Virus record (IMG/VR): IMGVR_UViG_3300019124_000001
Coordinates: 99,788-163,787 of that record
DNA: 64,000 nt
Origin: a virus
Taxonomy: Duplodnaviria > Caudoviricetes
Reading direction: 5' to 3' (one strand)
Every line of letters starts with the position of its first letter. Position 1 is the first letter of the stretch. Below the pieces are notes generated by a model. It had not been told where the DNA came from, made no database searches, and saw only the letters and a program-made list of their open reading frames with translations. Made by a program: the position numbers and the translations under genes. Below, in pieces: positions 37,825 through 49,000 of the stretch.

Positions 37825-40029
37825 CTAATTAGTGTCAAACCAAATGTCGCCTTCGCTTGGTGAAGCAGGTGCAACTTTTCCCACAGTAATTTTAACACCA
37901 TTTACTCGCTCTGAGTTTAGATTTGCTACCAACGTTTTTGATAAAACGCTAAATGGAGCAGTACCGTCAGCGACTTTCGATGAAATTTTACCAAATTGAT
38001 CTATCAAAAGAACGTCTGTTCCATTTTCATTCTGCACAACCAGATTTCCAGTTTCATCGACAAACAATTTTGTTGTTTTCAATACTGCATTTGAGCCATC
38101 CCAAATAGAGCGATAATATGATAAACTTGGAGAACCGACACTTAATATTTCAGAAGTCGCCATGCCAATTGGCTTTAGGTAAACTCCTGCTGAACTTGTA
38201 ATTGTTTCACCTCGCAAATCGAAGAACTCTGCTATTCCAGTTACATTCAAATCGCCACTAATAGTTTGACCACCAGCAGTTGTAATAACGTCCGTCAGCC
38301 AACCAGAAGCGACCGTAGGCTTGTCGGCAATGCTAGCCCAAGGAATAGAACCTATAAAGTTGGTAGCTGTAACTGAACCGCCAAATACGGCGTTACCACT
38401 TTTGTCTAATGTTAACATAGTATTACTTTCGGTTTCATTAACATCCTGAATCTTGAAAGTTCCAGTGGGATCAGTATAAATAAATGTGTTAATTATTTCC
38501 TCAGTAGAATTTTGTGAATTCCAATTCGAACGCTTCAATATCAAATTATATGAGCCATAATTTGTAGATGAAGTAGCTGTTCCCGAATTCTTTATAATAA
38601 TACCGTAAGCATGAACCTTCCCAGAAAGATTGATATCTCCTCTGCTATCTGTTTTCAAAATTTTATTTGCGCCAGATGTTGCAGAATTAAGAGTCAATAC
38701 TGGATTAGTGGTAGAATTGCTGACAATAATGTCTCCGTTTGCGGAAGTAACGCTAGTAACTGTGCCAGTGCCAGTGCCATCTACCCCGTCAAGAGCAAGG
38801 ATAGCCCAAACAGCTTGATTTATGTCTGGTTGCATGTTAGTGTTGTCCGACAAAGCAATATAGGTTGCCGTTCCATATCGAACAATATTTCTCTGACTAT
38901 ATGATACGGAAGATGACCAATTCCCAACTTGTGTTAAGTTATTGATTGCATTTTGTCTTGCAATCTCATTAGCTTGACGTACATCTTCGTTAAATTGTCT
39001 TGTTTCTTCATTGGTCACACGAATAGATTCGGCATCGACGCGCAAGATTTCAGACATTTCTCTTGACAATTCAGAGTTAATGCGATCGTTTTCAGATTCT
39101 ACGCGATCTTGTTCTGCTTGCACCCGTGCAATTTCAGATTGAATACGTAACAATTCTGCATTCGCACGTTCGCTCTCCGTTGATATGCGTTCGCTCTCTG
39201 CCAATACACGCGATTCTTCGGCGCTTACACGTCCAGTTTCAGCGGTCGAACGAGCGGATTCAGCAGTCACACGTTCAGCTTCGGCTATTGACCTATTTGT
39301 TTCGGCTGTTTCTCTGCTAGCTTCTGAAGCTACACGATTATTTTCTGCCAGTATACGATTCGATTCAGCAGAAACACGATTATTTTCTGCTGTAACACGT
39401 TCCTGTTCAGCATTCGAAATATTCGTGTTTGTCGTATTAGCGTTTGTAGCGGCATCATTCGCGGATTGTGCCGCAGTATTTGCATTTGCAGTTGCTTCAT
39501 TTGCCTGATCTATAGCTACATTCGTGTTTTCAGTAGCAGTAATTGCGTTTGTCGTCGCTGTTTGTGCTTCAATAGTAGCCTGTCGCGCATTTGCTATCGC
39601 CTCATCTGCTTCAGCCTTGATTTCGGATAAAGTTTGTTCTGTCTCAATAACATCTGCGTGATTATTGATTATATCCTGTAATGACAAATAAACCGTATTA
39701 TTATTTGGGTCTTGCACAATAATACGGCTGGCTGGATACTTAATAACACCTCTACCCTTATATTCGAACACTGGGGTTTTATTATTTTCTGATGTGTTAA
39801 ATTGTACAATGCCATTCTGATAGTTGACGCAAAATTCATTCGACTTCGGGGTTGTTGATTCAGTTTCAAAATAACCATTTACCGTAACACGAGTTACATG
39901 ATCTGGAATCTCTGATAGCGTAGCAATACCATTGATAATCGCCACAGGTTCCGAAATATCGACATACGGGTCTTGAATGGTTCCTTGTCGCCAAATAACA
40001 TAAATTCTATCTTGTTGTGGAGATGACAT
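37825..40029 (-). CDS. Long tail fibre/baseplate protein with coiled coil and CBM-like module
   Basis: Ala-rich and AExxRxx heptads, W...SY...IV.Y...Y...P...W module, C-terminal GDIWFD. Confidence 0.8.
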   Translation of the reverse strand: MSSPQQDRIYVIWRQGTIQDPYVDISEPVAIINGIATLSEIPDHVTRVTVNGYFETESTTPKSNEFCVNYQNGIVQFNTSENNKTPVFEYKGRGVIKYPASRIIVQDPNNNTVYLSLQDIINNHADVIETEQTLSEIKAEADEAIANARQATIEAQTATTNAITATENTNVAIDQANEATANANTAAQSANDAATNANTTNTNISNAEQERVTAENNRVSAESNRILAENNRVASEASRETAETNRSIAEAERVTAESARSTAETGRVSAEESRVLAESERISTESERANAELLRIQSEIARVQAEQDRVESENDRINSELSREMSEILRVDAESIRVTNEETRQFNEDVRQANEIARQNAINNLTQVGNWSSSVSYSQRNIVRYGTATYIALSDNTNMQPDINQAVWAILALDGVDGTGTGTVTSVTSANGDIIVSNSTTNPVLTLNSATSGANKILKTDSRGDINLSGKVHAYGIIIKNSGTATSSTNYGSYNLILKRSNWNSQNSTEEIINTFIYTDPTGTFKIQDVNETESNTMLTLDKSGNAVFGGSVTATNFIGSIPWASIADKPTVASGWLTDVITTAGGQTISGDLNVTGIAEFFDLRGETITSSAGVYLKPIGMATSEILSVGSPSLSYYRSIWDGSNAVLKTTKLFVDETGNLVVQNENGTDVLLIDQFGKISSKVADGTAPFSVLSKTLVANLNSERVNGVKITVGKVAPASPSEGDIWFDTN
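38950..39411 (-). repeat. 22 tandem 21-bp (heptad) coding repeats
   Basis: AEQERVT AENNRVS ... NEIARQN; 462 nt = 22 x 21. Confidence 0.85.
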
Positions 40030-40133
40030 GAATTATCCTCCTAACATTCTAAATATTCTAAATATTCTAATAAATACCCATATTCCCGAACTGAAATAGA
40101 CGTGAAACAGTAGTCTCACGTCCTCTTAATTCT

Positions 40134-40163
40134 ATAATACAACATAAATGTATGCCGTGTCAA
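40134..40163 (-). promoter_or_regulatory. Internal SigA-type promoter for fibre genes
   Basis: TTGACA-18-TATTAT in AT-rich gap. Confidence 0.6.
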
Positions 40164-40245
40164 CAATGAATTTAATACATTATTATTTATATTTATTTAT
40201 ATGCTTTTATTCCTGCTGTGATCTTAATTAAGTTTAGCGCAATAA

Positions 40246-41349
40246 TCAGGTTATAGAGTTCATTTTGTTGACAAGAGTGTTTAAGTCGTTTGCATTTACG
40301 GGATCATTTCTGCTCTTGTTTGAAATACCAGTGGAAATCATAGCATTGATCGCATTGTTTGCTTCATTAAACATAAAAGCATCAAATTTTCCTCCTGAAA
40401 TTGCGGTAGTAAAATTGACACTAGTTAATGACTTCATCTTCCTCCATTCATTAATTCGTGAAGTAAACTTATTCCAATCGCTGGCAAGCAGATTAAAGGT
40501 TGATCGACTTGACACATTAGTAGACCAACTAAATTGTGCTGGTTTCGCGTTCGTAATCGTAATCCTAGATTCATTGTAACTCCAAATCGTCGTTCCGCTT
40601 ATATCAAAATAAGATTGAACGCCAAGTATATAGGTTGTTCCAGCATTAACGTTAAATCCGCAAACTGAAGAGGTTTGTGTGCTAGAATTTAAGTATCCTC
40701 CCCATTGATCATAAAGAATAAACTTAAATCCAGTATAGTTTCCAGACATGCCAGATGCATATACTTCTATATATCCAGCTTCGTTCTTATTTTGATTAAT
40801 AAATGGGGTCTTTGGTGCTGTCGTTAAGGTCGATTCGCTCGAATAGCTGGAACTTCCGTAATTATTAATTGCTTGAACAGAAAGAAAGTAAGAAACACCG
40901 TACTCTAATCCACCAACATATCTTGATGTACTGGACGTTGTATAGTAAGAACTTCCAGCGTAGTTTCTTACTCTAAGTTGGTATGATGTAGCATCTGGAA
41001 CAGAATTCCATTGTACATAAATCTCACCTTCCCCCGTTCTCGAACCCAATGGGGGGCTTGGCGTTGACGGGGCTGGTGGGGACAATGTAGTCGCAGATGC
41101 AGAACCAGTTGAATAGTTAGTTCCTTCGTAATTGGCAAACGTTGAGAAACTATATGTCGTATTTGGACTCAATCCTGTCAAGGTAATAGAAGTTGAAGTC
41201 GATGTTGAGCTATCAGTCCAAGTATGAACAGTTCCAAGTGTGTTGTTGTTAACCTGAAACTGCACGTAGGCATTTGCGGGATTAGATAAGCCTGAAATAG
41301 TTACCCTAATTGAACTTGAACTAAGGGCTGTTGCTGATGTTGATGCCAT
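40246..41349 (-). CDS. Fibronectin type III domain virion protein
   Basis: LTGLSPNTTY, W..VP.A.SY, GLEYG.SY...VQA.N. Confidence 0.8.
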   Translation of the reverse strand: MASTSATALSSSSIRVTISGLSNPANAYVQFQVNNNTLGTVHTWTDSSTSTSTSITLTGLSPNTTYSFSTFANYEGTNYSTGSASATTLSPPAPSTPSPPLGSRTGEGEIYVQWNSVPDATSYQLRVRNYAGSSYYTTSSTSRYVGGLEYGVSYFLSVQAINNYGSSSYSSESTLTTAPKTPFINQNKNEAGYIEVYASGMSGNYTGFKFILYDQWGGYLNSSTQTSSVCGFNVNAGTTYILGVQSYFDISGTTIWSYNESRITITNAKPAQFSWSTNVSSRSTFNLLASDWNKFTSRINEWRKMKSLTSVNFTTAISGGKFDAFMFNEANNAINAMISTGISNKSRNDPVNANDLNTLVNKMNSIT

Positions 41350-41419
41350 TTACGTCTTCACCTCGCTTGAAATCACAATATTCTAAAAAATCATCTAACA
41401 AACAAATGGGGTAGACTGA

Positions 41420-41731
41420 TCAACAATCTACCGCATCTGCAAGTTCTGATTGAGTTTTCAGGAAATTGTACGCCTGACCTATTGGATTTACACCTTCGGC
41501 AGAAATAACATTTATGCCGAAAAATCTGTCAAAATCTTCATCCTTGACGAATTTGAATTCATTATAGATTATCGGTTCATTGTCGTTATTTCGGGCATCT
41601 TGGCTAACATAAGTAACATATGCAATTCTTGCAATTTTTAAATTATAATCACATGATACTTCCAAAATGCGAATATACGCCTGATCGCAGACAATTCCAC
41701 GATATTCAATTGATAGTTGAATTGCCATCAT
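41420..41731 (-). CDS. Hypothetical tail protein
   Basis: QAYNFLKT...ADAVDC C-terminus. Confidence 0.65.
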   Translation of the reverse strand: MMAIQLSIEYRGIVCDQAYIRILEVSCDYNLKIARIAYVTYVSQDARNNDNEPIIYNEFKFVKDEDFDRFFGINVISAEGVNPIGQAYNFLKTQSELADAVDC

Positions 41732-41740
41732 AATTCCTCC

Positions 41741-44680
41741 TTATCCAAATACTGCCACTGGTTGTTGATCGAGTCTAAACGTTCCACCTGAACCAACAGC
41801 GTATACCCCTCCACCTTGATTATTCTGAATAAACATTGCCTTAGAGATTTGGTCAATAGTAATGTTGGCTAGATTGTTGCTTCCCCACTGGATTCCAGAA
41901 CTGAATGTGCTCGGATTTAAATATATCATATTGCCAACATTAACGTTTGTCGCAACATTTACTGTTACGCCAGACAAGACTCCACCGTTAATGTAGTTTG
42001 CAGAAATTGTACCAGCGCGAATATAGTCTGCACTCAAATACAATGTACCATTAACATTGACGAATCCCCTGATTCCAGAATTGTACAACAACTCACTATA
42101 CGTGTTGTTGGCATCTGTTGGAGGTTTAGTTCCTGTAATTTGACTATAACTTGGTGCCGCAACGTTACCCCAAGTAATAGAACCACTTGTCATATTAATA
42201 TTTCCACTGATAGATGCATTTCCAGCAATTGTTACGTTTCCGTTCACATCTACAGAGAACGTTGTTACACCATTCGCATCTTTAACGACTACACCCTTTA
42301 AAGCTGAATCTTTGCCATTGATTACTGTAAACTTCGAGAAATCAATGGTCTTGGTGCTTGCATCAATCAATGTGACGGTTCCAGTGCCATCTTTAATAAT
42401 CAAATTGTTTGTCGTTAGATTATTCGCGACCAGATTTCCATTAGCATCAACATAGAACGATTTTACCCAAGTTGGATTTGAAGATGTTCCAGTGTTTTGT
42501 TCAATCTTTAAACCAGAGAATCCATCAGGCGAAGTGCCAGCGAGAGTGATTTTCGCCTTCATGTCCGATCTTGTAACAACAAGTCCGTTCGCAGAGTCAA
42601 TGACGATACCATTGTATGCTGTGCCAAGATTTACTAAACCATTTGCAAAACTTGGGTCAAGCTGACTTGGCGGCAAACCACCTGTGATTGTTAATTTGGT
42701 TCCTGAAATCGTCACACCGTTTCCGTCAACTGTGAACAGCTTTGTGCCTTGTGCATCGGAAGCATCTATTACCAAATTTACGCCAGCCAATAGTTTACCA
42801 TAAATACGTTCACCAACTATTCCATTTTTGGTAATAGCATGATTCCATGTATTACCGCCATCTGGCGTAATTGCAAGAACTCCGTGTTGCATTACAAGGT
42901 ACGTGTTTGGGTCGGTCGAGTCTCGAACGATAATACCTCTTCTGCTAATGTCAACTGATTCATTTGCTCCTGCAAGGATCGTTTGCTTTGTTGCATCGAG
43001 CGTACCGTTGATATAGTTATTGACCGTACTCCTCAAATCACCGATTGCATTCCATCCGTATTTCGAGATATTCACAGTAGCAGACGTTGATGCAGAGTTA
43101 TTTAAAATTTTAATCAACTTCTGACCATCGTCGGAAATATCTTTGGTGTTAGCAATAGTTATATCAATTCGTCCGTCTTCAAAGCTGATCTTCACTTCAA
43201 TAATCTTGGCTTGCACATCAATGCCAAATCTTTCATGTTGGATCGTTACATAATCTCCAAGATTTAGTTTTCCCCAATCTCTTTGCGCTTCAACCAATTC
43301 TAAAAAGTTGACCACTTCAATATCAATCTTCATGGCTGGTTGTTTCATTTCGGCAAAACGCTTTAAGGCTTCGTCATACAAATCCTGAGCATGGGTAAGA
43401 TTAGAATCTGACCACTCACGCTCAATGATATAGTACGAAAGTTCGTTAATAAGTTCACTTGAGAAATGATTTTCCATTTTAAGGTCATTTCTAAGTTGCG
43501 CTATACTCGCAACAACGGCATCAATTTGAAGATCAATACCATCTACGATAGCCTTCTGTGAATTGAATTGTTGTTGCAATGTTGCTTGTTGTTGTCGCAA
43601 TGTAGTTGTATCATTATTTGTAGATAACGCGATATCAATCTGAGCTTGGATTGTATCGAGCTTCCCCTGTAATTCTTGCAATTTAGCGTCTTCCGTGTCA
43701 AATTGTGCTGTAAGCAATGTTTTTTGCTCCAACAAGCTCTTAAATTCGCCAGATCGGGAATTCACATACTGTTGATAGTCAAGTATCGCATGGCACAAAT
43801 CATCATCCATATAATTACTATGCTGAATAACCACTCTGTTTTCGTCTCTCTCGAACGGAAACATAAAGAAGGAGAAGTCTTCGATGTAATTTTGACCAGT
43901 TATATTGACTTCGTTAAATGTTAACTCGTCCTTACCATATGCCTTCAGTCTCGTTACCATTTCATCAGCATTCGATTCTTTAGAAATAGAAGATAGATAT
44001 TTTCCATAACTAAAACGTAATCCGCGATCAATCCCATATTTTAAAGGATCGTAGAAATTAATCTTACGATTGTGCGTGTCCCATACAATCAGCGCATTGA
44101 ATGAATTTGCAACTTCAAAAACATATTCAAGCAAGGTGGATGAAGAAACCTCGAAAGCACGAAACGTAGTATCAAAAATAGCGTCTACATATCCGACTGA
44201 CCAAAGAGAAGATCCAAGTGCGCTATCAATAATAATTGGATTTTGGCCATTCCTATCAAGAGCAATGCCACCCATCAACGCTGTCGTTAGTTTAACGGAT
44301 GTCGCCTTGAACTTGCGCAACGTTTTATCCTTCAATTCATATGAAAGCAAAAACGCATGTACCTCTATGGAATCCGCTCCTTCTTCCCCCTTTTCGGTAA
44401 GAGCGGAAATTACGTACCAGTCAGAAATGTTTCCACACACGAGCTTAACAAGAAACTTTTCTTTGATCATGTCTACAACAGGATTTTTAACCAATTCATG
44501 CTTTACATCAATATACAGCGGCAACTCAAAAGTCAATTCAAAAATATTTCCTAATTTCATATTTAAGTTCACGTTGTATGCAGATTTAAGTTTAGCAATC
44601 GTTGACTTATTTGGCTTTGCAAGAAACATATCTACGCCAGAAGGAATCTTTCGTAAATCCAAATCAATAAATGACGACAT
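41741..44680 (-). CDS. Tail spike/prophage endopeptidase-like (Tal) protein
   Basis: TRL.AYG, LGD.V.I, Gly-rich beta-helix C-terminus; follows Dit. Confidence 0.85.
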   Translation of the reverse strand: MSSFIDLDLRKIPSGVDMFLAKPNKSTIAKLKSAYNVNLNMKLGNIFELTFELPLYIDVKHELVKNPVVDMIKEKFLVKLVCGNISDWYVISALTEKGEEGADSIEVHAFLLSYELKDKTLRKFKATSVKLTTALMGGIALDRNGQNPIIIDSALGSSLWSVGYVDAIFDTTFRAFEVSSSTLLEYVFEVANSFNALIVWDTHNRKINFYDPLKYGIDRGLRFSYGKYLSSISKESNADEMVTRLKAYGKDELTFNEVNITGQNYIEDFSFFMFPFERDENRVVIQHSNYMDDDLCHAILDYQQYVNSRSGEFKSLLEQKTLLTAQFDTEDAKLQELQGKLDTIQAQIDIALSTNNDTTTLRQQQATLQQQFNSQKAIVDGIDLQIDAVVASIAQLRNDLKMENHFSSELINELSYYIIEREWSDSNLTHAQDLYDEALKRFAEMKQPAMKIDIEVVNFLELVEAQRDWGKLNLGDYVTIQHERFGIDVQAKIIEVKISFEDGRIDITIANTKDISDDGQKLIKILNNSASTSATVNISKYGWNAIGDLRSTVNNYINGTLDATKQTILAGANESVDISRRGIIVRDSTDPNTYLVMQHGVLAITPDGGNTWNHAITKNGIVGERIYGKLLAGVNLVIDASDAQGTKLFTVDGNGVTISGTKLTITGGLPPSQLDPSFANGLVNLGTAYNGIVIDSANGLVVTRSDMKAKITLAGTSPDGFSGLKIEQNTGTSSNPTWVKSFYVDANGNLVANNLTTNNLIIKDGTGTVTLIDASTKTIDFSKFTVINGKDSALKGVVVKDANGVTTFSVDVNGNVTIAGNASISGNINMTSGSITWGNVAAPSYSQITGTKPPTDANNTYSELLYNSGIRGFVNVNGTLYLSADYIRAGTISANYINGGVLSGVTVNVATNVNVGNMIYLNPSTFSSGIQWGSNNLANITIDQISKAMFIQNNQGGGVYAVGSGGTFRLDQQPVAVFG

Positions 44681-44694
44681 ATTTTCACCTCCTA

Positions 44695-45465
44695 TTAAAT
44701 AAACATAAATTGATATCGAACCATAATTTTCGCGCCACCCGTTACATTAAATACGTTTCTGCCAGTAACCAATTCCAACCAATTGTTGTTGAAATTTGTG
44801 TACCTGAAGATGTTCACAAGGTTTGTTTCAATATGTTCCCAATGATTATCAACATAAATGACTTCATCATTTTTCAAGGAAACAAATTTGAATTCCTTCC
44901 CTGAGTTAGTTGTATTGATAATGCTTATGTCGCCGTCACCAATCTTAGTAATCCCAATCTCAGGTCGAATTGGCAAGTCACCAAGATTGTCAATTACAAA
45001 TGATGATTGCTCTGTAGTGTCAATCTCGTCAGTTGTATAATACGGAGAGTAAGCGTAAGAACCATCGCAACGCATCTTTAATTTAATGTAACCTTGCTTT
45101 AATCCATTGTGAATGAATCTAATGTCTTCTACTGGCATACAATAGTAGATTCGATCAGGATTATTCAAGAAATACAATGGTTTGTAGTATGATGGTGTAA
45201 GCCAACGTGCCACCTCTCGCAATTTGTTGTCATCGTAAGCTCCCAAAAATGCAAATTCAAGTTCAAATTCAAGAGGCTCAGTATCGACGAATTGAAAGTG
45301 TGGTTTATGCCAACCTCGAACCTTTACTTCTTGAATTGTTCTCGTGCTTCCGAAAGGCTCGTCATACATGCCATCTTCCACCCTTACATTAATAAGTCCC
45401 AGATCATAGCTGAAACGACCATCGTAACAAAAATCCAATGACTCATAGATCGCCATAACAGTCAC
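44695..45465 (-). CDS. Distal tail protein (Dit)
   Basis: C...YAYS, N.GD....P.I, L..G.N; position after TMP. Confidence 0.8.
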   Translation of the reverse strand: MTVMAIYESLDFCYDGRFSYDLGLINVRVEDGMYDEPFGSTRTIQEVKVRGWHKPHFQFVDTEPLEFELEFAFLGAYDDNKLREVARWLTPSYYKPLYFLNNPDRIYYCMPVEDIRFIHNGLKQGYIKLKMRCDGSYAYSPYYTTDEIDTTEQSSFVIDNLGDLPIRPEIGITKIGDGDISIINTTNSGKEFKFVSLKNDEVIYVDNHWEHIETNLVNIFRYTNFNNNWLELVTGRNVFNVTGGAKIMVRYQFMFI

Positions 45466-45476
45466 CTCTTGTCTGA

Positions 45477-45923
45477 TTAATCTTTATACACAATCTGTTC
45501 TACAAGTTCGCACCAACGATCATAAACCAGCGCTTCTTGTGCGCTAAACAAACGATCACACTTATTCAATACGATGTCTCGCAAAGCAACAAGCATTTCT
45601 TTGTTGGGTTCGTTAAGTTCAATAATATAGTCCTCATTGAACAACTCTTCCATGTCACGATGAAATGCGTTAACGTCATTTACTTTGATCATTTCATTTC
45701 CACGCTCATCAATGTCCACCATGATCGAACCGTCTTCATTGAACTCTGCATAACGACGAATAATATCGACGCGCTCTTGATTAAATTCTGCAATCTGTGT
45801 CTTCAGATGTCTATTTACAAAACGTCCAAGCATCCTCGACTCCTTCGCTTGTAGATTTGTGAATGTCATAAGAAAATTACAAAAAGGCTCCATTTCATAT
45901 CGCTTAATCTTCATAAATAACAT
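45477..45923 (-). CDS. Hypothetical protein (DUF1617-like)
   Basis: K.SR...RF pattern; start moved to 45923 behind promoter and RBS. Confidence 0.6.
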   Translation of the reverse strand: MLFMKIKRYEMEPFCNFLMTFTNLQAKESRMLGRFVNRHLKTQIAEFNQERVDIIRRYAEFNEDGSIMVDIDERGNEMIKVNDVNAFHRDMEELFNEDYIIELNEPNKEMLVALRDIVLNKCDRLFSAQEALVYDRWCELVEQIVYKD

Positions 45924-45960
45924 TTGTTGCCAACCCTTTCCTAAATATTCTGATACTTCA

Positions 45961-45990
45961 ATCATACCACGGACATTAAATGATATGCAA
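45961..45990 (-). promoter_or_regulatory. Internal SigA-type promoter
   Basis: TTGCAT-18-TATGAT with extended -10 TG; downstream of hairpin 46011-46033. Confidence 0.6.
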
Positions 45991-46034
45991 CAACGATTAA
46001 ATTAAGTAGGAGTGGGGAATTTAGATTCCCCACT

Positions 46035-49000
46035 TTAAATGTTAAGACCAAGTTTTTTAGTACCTTTGACAATTTCCCCTAATAGGTAGTCGGCATCTTT
46101 CTTTGTTCCATTCAAATTGTCAATATGGATAGTTAGATGGAACGTCTTATTGGCTTCAACGGCTACGGCGTTTGAGGACGATTTCAGCATGTTTTTAATG
46201 TTAGGAATAAAGTTTTTGGTTACATTTTCTTCTGGTGCAAAAAGCTCTCCCTTTAGGGCTTTCACGATCCTTTCGTTCGGCTTAACGTTGAACAAGCTGT
46301 TGACAGCCCTCATAATGCTAGAGCCTGAACCGTTGCTACCCCCATCAACCAAGCCCCCAGTGTGATAGCTTTCAAGCCGTCTCAGATACGCTTCTTGCTC
46401 TGAAATGTCCATCTTGTTCTTCTTTCGATATTCAATTACAGACTTTACACGCTGAATCTCTTTGTCTCGTGCCGCTTTGTCTCGTTTATACAATTCTTGG
46501 CTCGATTTCCAATTTGGATTGTAGCCAGTACCTACACCATCAGTCCAAGAAGGAGGGAGTTCTTTGCCATTCGAATCCTTCTTATCTGATTTGTTAATTT
46601 CCTCCATAAGTTTTTTTGCATTGTTTAGTTTATCTATCAAGTTGTTTGATAACGAAGTTCCGATAATGCCAGATAGGTCTTTAAGTGTTTGAGTCATCGT
46701 GCCAAAGTTTTCTTGGATGTCTTTAAAATTTTGATCAAGAATTTGTTTTCGAACTTCTGACCAATGACGATCATCATTGATTAGTTCTTCGTATTTCTTC
46801 TTGGACGCTTCTAATTGTTTTCTAATGGAATCTTCTTCGTTTTTATTGCGTCTATCTTCTTCTTCTTTGGCCTTATCCGTTCGTTTTTTCATTGAATCGA
46901 GATCATCTTCCAATTGTCGTTTTGTTTGTTCGCGGTTATGTTTTGTAATATTTTTCTGAATTTCCTCGCGCTTTTCTGCAAGTTGTCGTTCTAATTCTTC
47001 GCGTTTTGCTTTTGCTTCGAAGCTGTTATCGAGCGCCAAAACGTCAATCTGACGTTGCAACTCCTGAGCTTCTTTTTGGTCTTTCTTTAATTGATCTTGG
47101 AAGTCTTCCTCGTTTGCTTTATCTTCTAACAATCTGATTTTCTTGTTTGTCGCATCTTCAAAAGCCTTATATTCGTCATCAATACGTTTCAACTCTTTTT
47201 CGTGACGATCTCTTTCGTCTTGTTCGCGCTTCTTAAAGGCTTCTTCTTCGACTTTTTGCAAGTCTTGATAATATTCCTTCCAAGCTGAAATTACGTCATC
47301 GGCTAAGGTATTCAAGACTCCCTTTAATTCATCCTGTGTTTTCTTAATACTGCCAGCATAATCCCACCATGCAATCTGAAGTTCGTTTAGACGTTTTTTC
47401 ATTTGGTCTGTCTGTTCTTGCGACAAAGTACCAGAATTCATGAGAGCGCGTATAGCATTTGCTTCTTCATGAACTGCTCGTTGCTGTGTTTGATACATAG
47501 CAATCGCTTCTTGCAATCCGACTCGGTAATCTTGTGAAGTTTTGTCCATCGTAGCAACACGTTTTTGCAGAAGTTGCAGACTAGATTCGACCGAAGTCAC
47601 ATTTAAATGCAATTCATCGAGATAACTGATTTGCTTGTCCCAATCTAGTTGTTCAATCTTTCTGGCAGTATCCATATAACTATTGCCAAGTTGAGCAATC
47701 TTATTATTATTTTCCTCGATTTTCTTTGCAAGTTCATTCGCTCGTCTGATTGTTTCATTGTCCTGCTTGTAAAGCGTTCGCAAATTATAGAGGGTATCGT
47801 TATACGTTTTGTTTTGAGCGCGATAATGATTCGCTTCTGCATGAAAGTTTTGCTGTTGTTGTTTCATTACTGCTATTTCTTGATCAATAACGCCTCTATA
47901 TTCTTTGGATGTATTGACCATTTCTTGCTTCCGATCATCCAAACGCTTTAGTTGACCTTCTAATTCGGTAGCTTTTGCCTTATAGACATCCATCTGGTAA
48001 ACATCCACAGGTTCTATGCTTGCACCGCTTGCTGATTTACCTTTCGATTCTTTCGGATTAAGGTCGCTCGAACTTAGTCCTGATTGTTTTAACGAAACTC
48101 CTGCCATACCTTTAAGACTTTCAATCTGCTGGTAATAGCTCATTACATCAAGGACTTCGCTCTTTGTTTTCAGATAATCCATGTCGATATAGTCAAAATT
48201 GTAACCGTCTTGCCCTGCTTTGGCTTTAGCCAAATCGCTTGCATGACGTGCGTCCATTTGTGCCAATGCTGTTTTAGCATCTGCAACAGATTGGATTGCT
48301 TGGATTTCTACACCATACATTTTTAACTTTTGCATCAAAGCAGAAGAAGAGTTGGCTAGGTCTGCATTCTGTGCCGCAATTGAATCTTGGAATGCTTTAA
48401 TTTTAGCATTTCTCCAAACTTCAATTGCCTGTTGATTAATCTTTACTTGACCACTCTCAATTGTGAAAGCATTGGCAAGTTCTTTCTCTTTCATAATCAA
48501 CTTCATGGCTTCGTCTGCACTAATTTGTTTGCCTTGCGCAGAATCATTTAGCAGTTTGTTCACAGTGCCCAAAGAATCCGTTAATTCATCGTAACGACTT
48601 GCAAGATCAGCAATACGAGATTCGTTAGCTCCGAGTTGCGAAGCGTTCTCGTTTGACACATCGCCTTGCTCCATCAATGCGGCATTCGCACCTCTTATTA
48701 CTGGTTCTGCCTGACTATTGGCATTGGTCAAATCGTTTATTGCCTGAAGTTGCTTTCTTGTTAAATCAACAGCACCTTGCGCTTCTTGATACTTTTGTTG
48801 TTTTTCTCCGAATTTACTATTAAAGTCAGTAAAACTTGACTCAATTTCTCGAATCCAGCGCTTTCTTTCTTCAACGGCTCTGATCTCCTGAGAGCTAACT
48901 TTGATTCCTTGAATCATTTTTCCGCTAAGTTCTTTTAGTTCTGCGTCTACTTTTTGTTTAATTTCTTGGATGTCTTCTGTGTTATATGCCTTTTGAAGTT

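Noticed and set aside
37825-37901. Programmed frameshift fusing the two fibre genes at G GGA AAA
   Set aside because: The downstream gene is in the +1 frame, not -1, and has its own GGAGG RBS and GTG start
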